Positions 48,010-57,871 of a stretch of 64,000 bases of DNA are shown piece after piece. The notes beneath the pieces were generated by a model. That model saw nothing but the letters and a program-made list of their open reading frames with translations, was not told the origin of the DNA and searched no databases. A program made the position numbers and the translations under genes. How positions within the stretch are numbered: the first letter of the stretch is position 1; each line of letters opens with the position of its first letter. Source of the DNA: Bacteroidota bacterium (GTDB taxonomy: Bacteria > Bacteroidota > Bacteroidia > Bacteroidales > UBA12077); NCBI GenBank assembly GCA_034189025.1, contig JAXHVS010000055.1, positions 18,278-82,277 on the forward strand, read 5' to 3'.

Positions 48010-49507
48010 TTATAAATGCATCGTAAAACATTTTGGATATAACCACAGAGCCTTTCCAGGTAAAATGTGTAAAATCTTTTTTTGCAAGCGGAGGATTCGC
48101 ATTTACCCATGCAGGCATTGAATTTTTACCGCCCATGGCTTCGTACATATCCCAAAAGGCACAACCGGCTTTAAAAGCAGCATTTTTCTGCGCCTCCCTG
48201 ATTTTTTCAATGTTGGGGTACGATTCGTAACGGCCCATTACATTTCTCGACATATCTGAAACGCCAATAACAATAATGCTAATATCAGGGCGTAAGCCTT
48301 TCAATGTTTTTAATTGTTTGTAAAATTGTTTTTCATAGTAGCTGTAATCATCAATAATGTGAGGAACCAGATTAACACCAAACTGCATGATTATGAGCTT
48401 GGCATTTAATTTTTGGTACATCGAACGGAAAAAAGCCATGTCGGTTCGTGTAAAATCTGTACCACTACTTCCGCGCAGCGGAATGTTATCTACAGCTATT
48501 CCTTTATAATCGTCAATTGCCACAGCATAAATATCCGGACTATCTTCTCCTTTGAAACTTATTGTAATTTCATTTAATGACCCGTCAATATCCCATGATA
48601 AGGTTTGCAATTGGTGCGATGGAGGAATTAGCTCGGCATCGAGGGTTTGATCTTTATATTTTAATTCGGCAATAAAGGGTTTTTCATTAAATCCGTAAAA
48701 TACCCTACACCTTTTAAATTCACGGGTTCGAAGGTAAGTAATGTTTGATTTTTTAAGCATTATTTCGCCGGCATATAAATCTTTGGAGCGTGCGTAAACA
48801 GGTGCAAATCGGCCAAAACTCATTAAAGCACCTAGTCTTTTATGATAAATATTTCCGTTTTCAATACTTTTTATGGTATAACGCTCCCAATTTCCACTTA
48901 ACTTATGCTGTAGGGAGATATTGGTCCCTTTGATGAGTACCGGAGGAAATAAACCTACTCCCGATCCTCCGAATTGTTGCTGTAGCTCATTTCGTATGTA
49001 TGATGTAATCCGGTCGCCTTCGATTTGCGAATCACCATAATGTAAAACTCTTATTAGCTCGCCTGTATTTTTTAAATGACGAAGATGATTAAAAAATGGA
49101 TACAATACAGATTTGTCATTTTTCGGATATTCTAAATACTGATTAATGGAGCCAGGAGCTGTTGACTCCTTCTTTGGTAATGTTGAATCGGAAACAGAAA
49201 GTGTATCGGTTTTCGTTTCTGTTTGTATTGAACCAGGAATAGTGGAAATCGAATCTTTCTTGGCTACCAGGTTGTCTTTTGTTTGGGAGATACTGCTATC
49301 TGTTAGCAAACGAAGCTGTTGGGTATCTATTATATCTTGTATGGTTAATTGATTGGATTGTTGCTGTGAGATAAGATGATTAATATCCGGAAAACGTAAA
49401 AGTAAATTGTTTCCGAGATATAATCCTTCTTTGGGAAAGATGAATGAAACCACCGCCAATAATACAAATATACTGATTAAGTATAGTAAGATTTTATAAG
49501 GTTTCAT
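47954..49507 (-). CDS. SGNH/GDSL-family hydrolase or acetyltransferase with N-terminal membrane anchor
   Basis: 517 aa with a TM anchor and a Ser/Thr/Gln-rich linker. SGNH blocks are present: I HYGDSQ, III FGVN, V DFTHF. Confidence 0.85.
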   Translation of the reverse strand: MKPYKILLYLISIFVLLAVVSFIFPKEGLYLGNNLLLRFPDINHLISQQQSNQLTIQDIIDTQQLRLLTDSSISQTKDNLVAKKDSISTIPGSIQTETKTDTLSVSDSTLPKKESTAPGSINQYLEYPKNDKSVLYPFFNHLRHLKNTGELIRVLHYGDSQIEGDRITSYIRNELQQQFGGSGVGLFPPVLIKGTNISLQHKLSGNWERYTIKSIENGNIYHKRLGALMSFGRFAPVYARSKDLYAGEIMLKKSNITYLRTREFKRCRVFYGFNEKPFIAELKYKDQTLDAELIPPSHQLQTLSWDIDGSLNEITISFKGEDSPDIYAVAIDDYKGIAVDNIPLRGSSGTDFTRTDMAFFRSMYQKLNAKLIIMQFGVNLVPHIIDDYSYYEKQFYKQLKTLKGLRPDISIIVIGVSDMSRNVMGRYESYPNIEKIREAQKNAAFKAGCAFWDMYEAMGGKNSMPAWVNANPPLAKKDFTHFTWKGSVVISKMFYDAFINDYFEYIHNKKSDNFEEN

Positions 49508-49620
49508 TCAGCGTGTTTTTTGGAACCTAAATATATCAATATTTCTTTAAAATGAAAGTTTTATTTTGTAGAAAACTATATTAAAAGAATTTTAAAAATG
49601 TCATTTGTATGGATATTATT

Positions 49621-52600
49621 TTAACCAAATAAACTTAATTGCCCGTGATTTTTATCCGTTTTTTTATAATCATTTTTTGTTTGTTCTGCAAGTTGCTTTT
49701 CGATAAGGTTAAGAAAAGGGCTTTTAGGGAGTTGCAATTCACGGCCCATAAGAAAACGTTTTTTGGCATACGTTAAATATAGCATTGCTTTTGCCCGGGT
49801 CATGCCCACATAAAGCAACCGTTTTTCCTCGTCGTTATCGGTTTTTTGTTCTTTAAAAAGCGAGTAGGGGATTAACTTGTTTTCGCATCCGGCTATAAAA
49901 ACACATTTAAACTCCAGTCCTTTTGCTGCATGAATGGTCATTAAACTTACCTTCTCAATTTCCGGTTGGTACAAATCTGCCGGCTGGCCTAATGTCATAT
50001 GTTTAATAAAACCCTCTGTATCATTCGTATATTTCGCAGCCAGGTGTTTAAGCCTGTCTAATATTTTGAAGTCTTCATCGGTTGTATTTATTATAAATTC
50101 TGTCCACAAAAAATGCAGATAATCATCTAATGGTAATTTTAAGGGTTGATTATGAATTTTATCTAGTGCTATTGGGTTGATATTGAGCTGGCTGGTAATT
50201 TTGTTCCGTAGAAACAAATTTTCCGGTTCACTGCTTAGTTTTAAAAGGTTTATCAGTACACGTGTGATGTTGTGTTTTAAAAATTCATCTTCATTAATCT
50301 TTTGATATGGAATGCTGTGGCTATTCAATGCTTTTTCAAGGGCTCCCATTTGCGCTTTGGTACGGCACAATATGGCAAAATCAGATAAACTCTCAATTTT
50401 GGTATTTTTTTCTCCGCTCGAAACATTACTATCCATAGAGAAAAAACGCAATCCGCCGGATAAATTTTCTATTTCGCGGGCAATAAATTCAGCTTCACTT
50501 TTATCGGTTGGGTGGGTTGATATCTTTATTTTTAAACCATCATCTAATCCCTGTAAAAAATTATTTTCCTTTAAAATATTACCCGAAGCTTTTAATATGT
50601 TATTTGTACATCGGTAGCTCAGGTTGAGTTTGTAAATTGCTGTTTTAGGGAAATCTTCAATAAACCGGCTGATGAATTTAGCGTTTGAACCGCGAAAACC
50701 ATATATGGCCTGATTAGGGTCGCCAATAACCGTAATATTATGGTTGTCAGTGTCAGATAATGTTTTAATGAGTTGATATTGTGCATCGTTAATATCCTGG
50801 TATTCATCAACCATAATCCATGGGAACCGTTGCTGTAATTTTTGCAGGAACATTTTGTCTTTACGGAAAATTAGCAGAGGCATATAAATCATATCGTCAA
50901 AATCGAACAGATGATTTTTTTGGAGTTCTGCCGAATATCTCTCAAACATGTTACGTATGGTATCATCTTTAATTTCATCAGAAAGGAGAACCTTTTGCTT
51001 AATTTCTGTAATCTCTTGTTTCCAATGTTTCATTTCTGTTTTTTTCTTCTCAGGGAACAGGTATTGTAGCATGAATAATTTATCCTCGTCGTCGATAATA
51101 TGGATGTTGGTTTGATTTTTTTCCCTGTAATAGTTTCTTAGTATTGAATATCCCAGAGCATGAAAAGTAGAAATGTGTATGTTTTCTATATTAAATGGTT
51201 GTCCCAGTAGTTTTTTTGTACGAGAAAGCATCTCTTCGGCTGCCTGATTAGTAAATGTTACGGCTAAAATATTTTCAGGGTTTACCTGTTTTTCCTTTAC
51301 CAGATAAGCAATTCGTCGGGTAAGTACATTGGTTTTTCCTGTGCCGGGTCCAGCCAATATCATGGCTCGTTCTTTGTCATGTTTTACTGCTTTAGCCTGT
51401 TCTGGGTTTAAGCCTTGTAATATACCTCTTTGTTCAACAATATACTGAGTTTCCGGTTCGGCTGCTATATCAGAAGGTTCGTTTATTGCCTTTAGTTTTT
51501 GGTATTGTTGCAAGTTGAAATTGAGCAGTTTACGTTGACGTATTTCGGGTAAATTTGATATTTCAAACAATGCCGATTTGTCTTCAAAAATTTTTGTTTC
51601 GTCGGGACGGAAAACTTTTACCTCACCATATTCTCCGTCAAAACCTTCTTTGATGATTATTTGATGGTTTCGCATTCTTCGGATAGCTTCACTTAGTACT
51701 TCTCCACCCATTTCATTGATTTCTTCAATGGATAAAAAATGTAAAATATTGAATTCTGAACCCGCTTTGACAATTAGCTGCTCGTACTGTTTTTTTATTT
51801 TTTTTGATTTTTCTCCAACTCCTTCTATTTCGGCTAAGATCTCCGGAAGGGGTATAATCGAGTAAAAAGGTTTCCGGTTGGGGCGCTCTTCAATATTCAC
51901 CCTGTCAGATAACTCTACAATACGGTTTACAACGCCTATCGTAACCTTTTTGCCACAAACAGGACAAATGCTATGATGTTTCATGGTTTCAACCGGATCC
52001 CAACAAACCTTACATTTCCGGTGTCCGTCGTAGTGGTATTTGCCTTCTTGCGGAAACATGTCAAAAGTTCCTAAAAAGCTTTCATTACCAGTTTTAAGGG
52101 CATCGGTTATCGAATAATAACTAACCTCTGTATCGAAAAGGTTGGCATTTCTGCCTAACTTTTCAGGTGAATGGGCATCGGAATTGGAAATTAACGTATA
52201 GCGATCGAGGAAACAACACATCCAGTTTAATGCTGGGTCGGTTGATAATCCGGTTTCCAACGCATATATATGTTCCGACAAGTCTTCAAAACATTCTTCA
52301 ATACTGTTAAAACCTGATTTTGACCCTAACGCCGAAAACCAGGGGGTCCAAATATGTGCCGGGATGAAAAAGATTTCATCTGAGATTTCCAGACACATTT
52401 CTAACAGGTGCTTTGCATCTAACCCAAGAATAGGGCGTCCGTCTGAGGTAATATTAAAATTCATATGGCTAAGCTTCTGCTGAATTTTATCCACTACCTC
52501 AAAATCAGGAGCCAGAATTACATTATGAATTTTGCGTATTTTCCCATTCTTTTTATAAATATTACTTATTTCGGCACTTAACAAAAAGCGTGGCGCATTG

Positions 52601-52842
52601 GTGTTAGTCTCCTGAGCCGGATTTTTGATTTTAAATTCATCTTTCAGTTTAAATAGGCCTGGTTCTGCCGGTTCAATTTTTTCTTTCAATTCGGCAGTCC
52701 ATCCCGGATGGGAAAAATCTCCCGTTCCTACAATTTTAATTCCTTTTAGCTTAGCCCAATAGTCGAGATGTTCGGGTGTTAGCTTTTTGCTCGTAGCCAT
52801 TGAAAAATGAGAGTGGATATGTAAATCGGCAATAAATTTCAT
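49621..52842 (-). CDS. Endonuclease-Q-like PHP nuclease fused to a UvrD/PcrA-type SF1 helicase
   Basis: One 1073-aa ORF. N-terminal FIADLHIHSHFS...IVGTGDFSHPGW and zinc knuckle CKVC-x12-CPVC. C-terminal helicase motifs are present: I GPGTGKT, Ia TFTNQAA, II DEYQD, III GDPNQAIYGFRG, VI VGMTRAK. Confidence 0.88.
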   Translation of the reverse strand: MKFIADLHIHSHFSMATSKKLTPEHLDYWAKLKGIKIVGTGDFSHPGWTAELKEKIEPAEPGLFKLKDEFKIKNPAQETNTNAPRFLLSAEISNIYKKNGKIRKIHNVILAPDFEVVDKIQQKLSHMNFNITSDGRPILGLDAKHLLEMCLEISDEIFFIPAHIWTPWFSALGSKSGFNSIEECFEDLSEHIYALETGLSTDPALNWMCCFLDRYTLISNSDAHSPEKLGRNANLFDTEVSYYSITDALKTGNESFLGTFDMFPQEGKYHYDGHRKCKVCWDPVETMKHHSICPVCGKKVTIGVVNRIVELSDRVNIEERPNRKPFYSIIPLPEILAEIEGVGEKSKKIKKQYEQLIVKAGSEFNILHFLSIEEINEMGGEVLSEAIRRMRNHQIIIKEGFDGEYGEVKVFRPDETKIFEDKSALFEISNLPEIRQRKLLNFNLQQYQKLKAINEPSDIAAEPETQYIVEQRGILQGLNPEQAKAVKHDKERAMILAGPGTGKTNVLTRRIAYLVKEKQVNPENILAVTFTNQAAEEMLSRTKKLLGQPFNIENIHISTFHALGYSILRNYYREKNQTNIHIIDDEDKLFMLQYLFPEKKKTEMKHWKQEITEIKQKVLLSDEIKDDTIRNMFERYSAELQKNHLFDFDDMIYMPLLIFRKDKMFLQKLQQRFPWIMVDEYQDINDAQYQLIKTLSDTDNHNITVIGDPNQAIYGFRGSNAKFISRFIEDFPKTAIYKLNLSYRCTNNILKASGNILKENNFLQGLDDGLKIKISTHPTDKSEAEFIAREIENLSGGLRFFSMDSNVSSGEKNTKIESLSDFAILCRTKAQMGALEKALNSHSIPYQKINEDEFLKHNITRVLINLLKLSSEPENLFLRNKITSQLNINPIALDKIHNQPLKLPLDDYLHFLWTEFIINTTDEDFKILDRLKHLAAKYTNDTEGFIKHMTLGQPADLYQPEIEKVSLMTIHAAKGLEFKCVFIAGCENKLIPYSLFKEQKTDNDEEKRLLYVGMTRAKAMLYLTYAKKRFLMGRELQLPKSPFLNLIEKQLAEQTKNDYKKTDKNHGQLSLFG

Positions 52843-53055
52843 GATAAATGGTATTTTGTTATAAAATTATTGAAAAGAAAACTGAATCAAAAGAAGAAAT
52901 TTGATTTGTTATCAACTTTTGCATAAGTTTTGATGTATTATAAAGCAACTGTTTTAAAAAGCTAATTTTTTTGTAATAAATTAAAATTTATGGTGTCATA
53001 TATATAGAAGTATATAGATATAAACATATAATAACTAATTAAAAAAGGAATTGAT

Positions 53056-53526
53056 ATGAATTGGACAAAGAATTTTTTAACTGTATTTGTTTTAGCGAAT
53101 TTAACCGTATTTAGTTTTGCTCAAAAAGGAGTAGGAAATAACTCTGGAATTGCGCGGGAGGGTGTACAGTCTTATCAAGTGAATGAAATATCCGGAAGAT
53201 TGGTAGAGGTGCTTGATGAGCCTTGTACCGAGACCACTGGCAAGTATGCAATGGGTACCCACTTGCTTATTAAACAGAAAGTTAATGATAATGAGCAAAT
53301 CTTAAATATTCATTTAGGCCCAACCACCCTTGTTTCTAAAATGGTTGAGAAATTAGTACCCGGAACAGATATTAAACTTAAAGTATATCATGCAGATGGC
53401 TTGCCGGATAATAATTTTGTTGCACAAAGTTTTTCTTATGGAGATAATCATTATGAACTTAGAGATGCTAACTTAAGTCCATTTTGGGCTAATACCGGCA
53501 CAGGAAGAAGGAAAAGTCGTTGGTAG
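53056..53526 (+). CDS. secreted hypothetical protein
   Basis: 156 aa with signal peptide MNWTKNFLTVFVLANLTVFSFAQ. I recognise no catalytic motif. Confidence 0.65.
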   Translation: MNWTKNFLTVFVLANLTVFSFAQKGVGNNSGIAREGVQSYQVNEISGRLVEVLDEPCTETTGKYAMGTHLLIKQKVNDNEQILNIHLGPTTLVSKMVEKLVPGTDIKLKVYHADGLPDNNFVAQSFSYGDNHYELRDANLSPFWANTGTGRRKSRW

Positions 53527-53647
53527 AGTTGTTTATTTTTTATTCAAAAATTGTTAATCAGGCCAGCCTGTATTTCATAGTGCCTTTAGCCTCTATATTA
53601 GTAGTTTTTAACATAAAGATACTGATATGGGGGCTGTAATTTATTTT

Positions 53648-55204
53648 TCAAGATGAAGTTTTAGGTTTGATTTTAATATATTGTCCGGCTTTAAGTGATT
53701 TTCCGCTTGTCATATTGTTCAGCTGTAAAATTTCCGTTTCGGTTACACCCGGATATTTTTTAGCAATTTCCCAGATAGTGTCTCCGGAACCTACTTTGTA
53801 ATAGACATAATTATCGTCTGTAGTCTGGCTGCTTGTTTTTTGGGGGGTAGATACTTTTTTGCCTATTCTTCGTTGTTTTTCTTCAAACGAAAGTTTGTTG
53901 ATATCAGCATATTTGGCTGCAGACCCTTTGGGAACATAAATATTTAATTTTTGCCCTACTCGTATTATATTACCACGGATATTGTTCCAGTATCGAATTT
54001 CCGAAGCACGGACATTATACCATTCGGAAATATAGCCCAGGTTGTCGCCCGATTTTACAGTGTATATCAGCTTATCGCGGTTGGTTGGGGCAGGTGGTAT
54101 ATAGTAAGAGCGTTGCGGGTTTCGTATCGTATTGTCGGCACTAAAAAATACAGAATCTTTATAACTAAAAATGGAATCCTGCAAATCAATAAATTTACCT
54201 ACAAACTCAATGGGGAGTGTTAATCCAAGTTCTGATCCTTTGGCAGGGATGATATCCAGCTTGTATTGTGGGTTTAAATCACGTAATGCTTTAAGAGGAA
54301 TATTCAGAACCTCGGAAACCTGTTTAAAATGCAAGTTGTCTGTAATCATTATGGTATCTGTAGCCAAAGGAATTTCAGGATATTGAGGATTGAGGTTGTG
54401 TTCATGATAATAATTCATGGTATAAGCAGCTGCAATATAAGCAGGAACATATCCGCGTGTTTCGCGGGGAAGAAAATAATATATCTTCCAAAAATCTCTA
54501 CTTCCACCGGTTCTTCTAATGGCTTTATTAACATTTCCGGGGCCACAATTGTATGCCGCAATAACTAGGGTCCAGTCGTTAAACATACTGTATAAATCTT
54601 TCATAAAAAGAGCAGCAGCATGGGCTGATTTTATGGGGTCACGCCTTTCATCAACAAATGAGTTCACCGTTAAATCGTACATACGGGCTGTAGCATACAT
54701 AAATTGCCACATTCCTGTTGCACCAACGCGGGAAACCGCACGTGGATTAAGCGCCGATTCAATGATGGCCATATATTTTAATTCGGTAGGTAATCCGTAG
54801 CTCTCGAAAATTTCTTCGATTTTTGGAAAATAATAATCCGAAAGGCCAATCATGGCTTCAACACTCTCGCGTCGTTGCTTAGTGTATACATGAATATAAT
54901 TTCTAACGATTTTATTGTATGAAAGATCTATAACCGAAGGTATATTTTGTAACCTCTGAATATAAACTGAATCAGGAAACTCGGGGATTATTGAATCTAT
55001 ATTTTCATAATTAATTGAATAATCCGTTTTTATTGCTTTTTGTAAGTACCATAAGTTTATAAGACTGTCGAGATTTTGACCAAAATTGGTTTGTATAGCT
55101 AATGCTGTTTTTATACTGTCTTTATTTTGTGTAGTGTTTTTTGAAAAAGCAGTAAAGATGATTAAACAGGATAATAGGATTGAAAGTATAGCTTTTTTTG
55201 TCAT
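53648..55204 (-). CDS. LysM-domain lytic murein transglycosylase (MltD-like)
   Basis: SLT catalytic block MAIIESALNPRAVSRVGATGMWQF, plus two C-terminal LysM repeats (YTVKSGDNLGYISEWY..., YKVGSGDTIWEIAKKY...). I moved the start to MTKKAILS (ATG 55204). Confidence 0.9.
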   Translation of the reverse strand: MTKKAILSILLSCLIIFTAFSKNTTQNKDSIKTALAIQTNFGQNLDSLINLWYLQKAIKTDYSINYENIDSIIPEFPDSVYIQRLQNIPSVIDLSYNKIVRNYIHVYTKQRRESVEAMIGLSDYYFPKIEEIFESYGLPTELKYMAIIESALNPRAVSRVGATGMWQFMYATARMYDLTVNSFVDERRDPIKSAHAAALFMKDLYSMFNDWTLVIAAYNCGPGNVNKAIRRTGGSRDFWKIYYFLPRETRGYVPAYIAAAYTMNYYHEHNLNPQYPEIPLATDTIMITDNLHFKQVSEVLNIPLKALRDLNPQYKLDIIPAKGSELGLTLPIEFVGKFIDLQDSIFSYKDSVFFSADNTIRNPQRSYYIPPAPTNRDKLIYTVKSGDNLGYISEWYNVRASEIRYWNNIRGNIIRVGQKLNIYVPKGSAAKYADINKLSFEEKQRRIGKKVSTPQKTSSQTTDDNYVYYKVGSGDTIWEIAKKYPGVTETEILQLNNMTSGKSLKAGQYIKIKPKTSS

Positions 55205-55318
55205 GATTGCTGCTTTAGATGAAATCAACATTTTAAGAGGCCAAAATAACAAACAAAAGATTAAAAAATGAAATAAAATTTGTTATATAATGTTAATCGA
55301 AAAAAAATAAAATTTTAT

Positions 55319-55897
55319 TTAAAAATTTACTCTACACGTAAATCCAAGTGTATTTTGGTTATTTACAGAATGCATAAGGGAAGGTTGAATGTTTAACGAT
55401 AAATCTTCGCTTATATCATAATCAAATAAATGCGCATCAACGGTAGCATCAATAATATTAAGCATATAAACCCCAGCCAGAACAATTACATTTAAGTCTC
55501 TGTTACGTCGGTGATAATCTTTAAGACGTAGGATAATATCTTTATTTGTATACCCTTCAAAACTATTTATCTTCCCGGCATCAAATTCGGCATATGCATT
55601 TTTATATTTATTGTATTGGTTGTTATTAAAATCGAAAGCATAAATAAAAGCACCTGTTAACCCGTATATAATTGGCAGTTTCCAGTATTTTTTGTTATAA
55701 ACCTGGCCTAACCCGGGTACAACAGCCGAAAACATGGTTGCTTTATGTGGAGAATGAACCTGTTCTTTAGGGTTATTTACAATATCTTTTTCTGAGATAG
55801 TTGAAGGGTTTTGAGCTGTAGTGTTTAAAACATTACATATCAAAACCAATGTTATGAAAATGATATATATGGGCTTATTGAAATATATTCCCAGCAA
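55319..55897 (-). CDS. DUF5683-family membrane protein
   Basis: 192 aa. The SAVVPGLGQVYNKKYWKLPIIYG block and the position directly downstream of parB are typical of this Bacteroidota family. Confidence 0.8.
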   Translation of the reverse strand: MLGIYFNKPIYIIFITLVLICNVLNTTAQNPSTISEKDIVNNPKEQVHSPHKATMFSAVVPGLGQVYNKKYWKLPIIYGLTGAFIYAFDFNNNQYNKYKNAYAEFDAGKINSFEGYTNKDIILRLKDYHRRNRDLNVIVLAGVYMLNIIDATVDAHLFDYDISEDLSLNIQPSLMHSVNNQNTLGFTCRVNF

Positions 55898-55930
55898 AAT
55901 ATTATTTTTTAAGGGTTACCGGGTGCAAAA

Positions 55931-56797
55931 TTATTTCATTTTATCAATAATTCCCATAATTCTTTCTAAATCTTCATCCGATTTAAAGGGAATTATAATT
56001 TTCCCGCTTCCTTTATTGTTTCTTTTAAAGTCTACTTCAGATTTAAAATGATCTTTAAGATGTTTTTGTAATTGTTGGTACTCTTCCGGCAACCTAACTT
56101 TTTCTTTAGTATTATTTTTTTTCGGGCTATTAATGTCACGGATTAGATCTTCGGTTTTGCGAACGGATAATCCTTCATCAATAATTTGATAATGAATTTT
56201 CAGCTGGGTTTTGGGATTTTCAATATTTACTAATGCGCGAGCATGCCCCATGGATATTTGCTTATCGCGAATTCCCAATTGAATTTCGGCTGGTAGTTTT
56301 AGTAATCTTAAATAGTTGGATATGGTTGAACGCTTTTTACCTACCCTGTCGCTCATGTTTTCCTGGGTAAGTTTACATTCCTCCATTAACCGCTGGTAGC
56401 TAATAGCAATTTCAATTGCATCAAGATCTTCACGTTGAATGTTTTCTACCAAAGCCATCTCGAGCATTGCCTGATCGTCGGCAAAACGAACGTACGCAGG
56501 AATTTTTTTTAATCCTGCAATTTGAGCTGCTCTATAGCGTCGTTCACCAGTGATAAGTTGAAACTTGTTATCATCAACTTTACGAACAGTTATGGGTTGG
56601 ATAATTCCAAGCTGACGAATGGAGTCAGCTAATTCATTCAAGGCCTCTTCATCAAATTTTGATCTTGGCTGAAAAGGGTTGGTTTCAATTTTGTTAATAT
56701 CAATTTCGTTAACGGCATCAGCCGTTACAGTTCTTTCTTGCCCTGCATCATCAATTAATGCTCCTAGTCCTCGTCCTAATGCATTTCGTTTAGCCAT
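55931..56797 (-). CDS. parB: chromosome partitioning protein ParB
   Basis: 288 aa with the GLGRGLGALI opening, the ParB box GERRYRAA and an HTH region. Confidence 0.95.
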   Translation of the reverse strand: MAKRNALGRGLGALIDDAGQERTVTADAVNEIDINKIETNPFQPRSKFDEEALNELADSIRQLGIIQPITVRKVDDNKFQLITGERRYRAAQIAGLKKIPAYVRFADDQAMLEMALVENIQREDLDAIEIAISYQRLMEECKLTQENMSDRVGKKRSTISNYLRLLKLPAEIQLGIRDKQISMGHARALVNIENPKTQLKIHYQIIDEGLSVRKTEDLIRDINSPKKNNTKEKVRLPEEYQQLQKHLKDHFKSEVDFKRNNKGSGKIIIPFKSDEDLERIMGIIDKMK

Positions 56798-56824
56798 CTT
56801 CTATATCTATCTTAATGTTAACAT

Positions 56825-57625
56825 TTAATCAACTATTTTGTCGGCATTTGCCATCTTTGTTTGATCGTTATTTTGTAAAAGCTCCTTCGCAAGATTTAAA
56901 TAATTTAAAGCCCCTTTGGAAGCTGCGTCGTACATTACCACTGGCTTACCATAACTTGGCGATTCGCTGAGCTTAATGTTTCGTTGAATAATGGTTTCGA
57001 AAACCATATCCTGGAAATGTTTTTTAACTTCATCTACCACCTGATTGGATAGCCTTAATCTTGGGTCGTACATGGTTAAAAGGAATCCCTCAATCTCAAG
57101 GTCTTTATTTAATCGGGTTTGAATAATTTTTATAGTATTAAGTAATTTTCCTAACCCTTCAAGAGCAAAATATTCGCATTGAACCGGAATGATTACTGAA
57201 TCGGAAGCTGTAAGTGCATTCACGGTAATTAACCCAAGGGATGGAGAACAATCAATTAAAACGTAATCGTAATCATCTTTTACTTTTTCAACCACTTCTT
57301 TAAGCTTGTACTCCCGATTCGGTTGATTAAGCATTTCTATTTCAGCACCTACCAAATCAATATGAGATGGGATAATATCCAGTCGTTCTACTTCACTATT
57401 AAGGATGATTTTTTTGGGGTCTTGATCTTCGATAAGACATTCGTAGATACTCGTTTTTATTGCTCTTATATCGAATCCTATACCTGATGTAGCGTTAGCT
57501 TGTGGATCGGCATCAATAATTAATACTTTTTTTTCTAGAATAGCTAAGCTGGCAGCCAAATTAATAGCAGAAGTGGTTTTACCTACTCCGCCCTTTTGGT
57601 TTGCTAATGCAATAACTTTTGCCAT
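56825..57625 (-). CDS. parA: chromosome partitioning ATPase ParA
   Basis: 266 aa with the deviant Walker A NQKGGVGKTT. Confidence 0.96.
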   Translation of the reverse strand: MAKVIALANQKGGVGKTTSAINLAASLAILEKKVLIIDADPQANATSGIGFDIRAIKTSIYECLIEDQDPKKIILNSEVERLDIIPSHIDLVGAEIEMLNQPNREYKLKEVVEKVKDDYDYVLIDCSPSLGLITVNALTASDSVIIPVQCEYFALEGLGKLLNTIKIIQTRLNKDLEIEGFLLTMYDPRLRLSNQVVDEVKKHFQDMVFETIIQRNIKLSESPSYGKPVVMYDAASKGALNYLNLAKELLQNNDQTKMANADKIVD

Positions 57626-57687
57626 ATATCTTGTTTTTTTTGATTTTGCAGTTGTAATTAGCCTAATTTTTTTAAAAAACAGGAATT

Positions 57688-57695
57688 CAAAAATA
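57688..57695 (-). promoter_or_regulatory. candidate -7 promoter box (TATTTTTG) for parA-parB
   Basis: Matches TAnnTTTG on the minus strand, 63 nt upstream of the parA ATG. Confidence 0.35.
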
Positions 57696-57871
57696 CAATT
57701 TTATCACATTTATTATTTCTCGTGTAATAAGAATTGTAAACAATTTTTTTAGAGTTATAAACATTTTATTAACAAAATTAATTGCCATTCGATTCAAAAG
57801 CTTGATTAATAAAAAAGTAATTATCTTTTTTTAATCAAAAAAATAGGTGCTTGTATTTTAGATGTAGAATT

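Noticed and set aside
49621-52842. Reading the PHP-UvrD fusion as part of an anti-phage defence island.
   Set aside because: It is a solitary gene flanked by cell-envelope and housekeeping genes. There are no neighbouring defence-type partners, integrases, tRNA targets or compositional breaks that I can see. I kept it as a repair-type finding instead.
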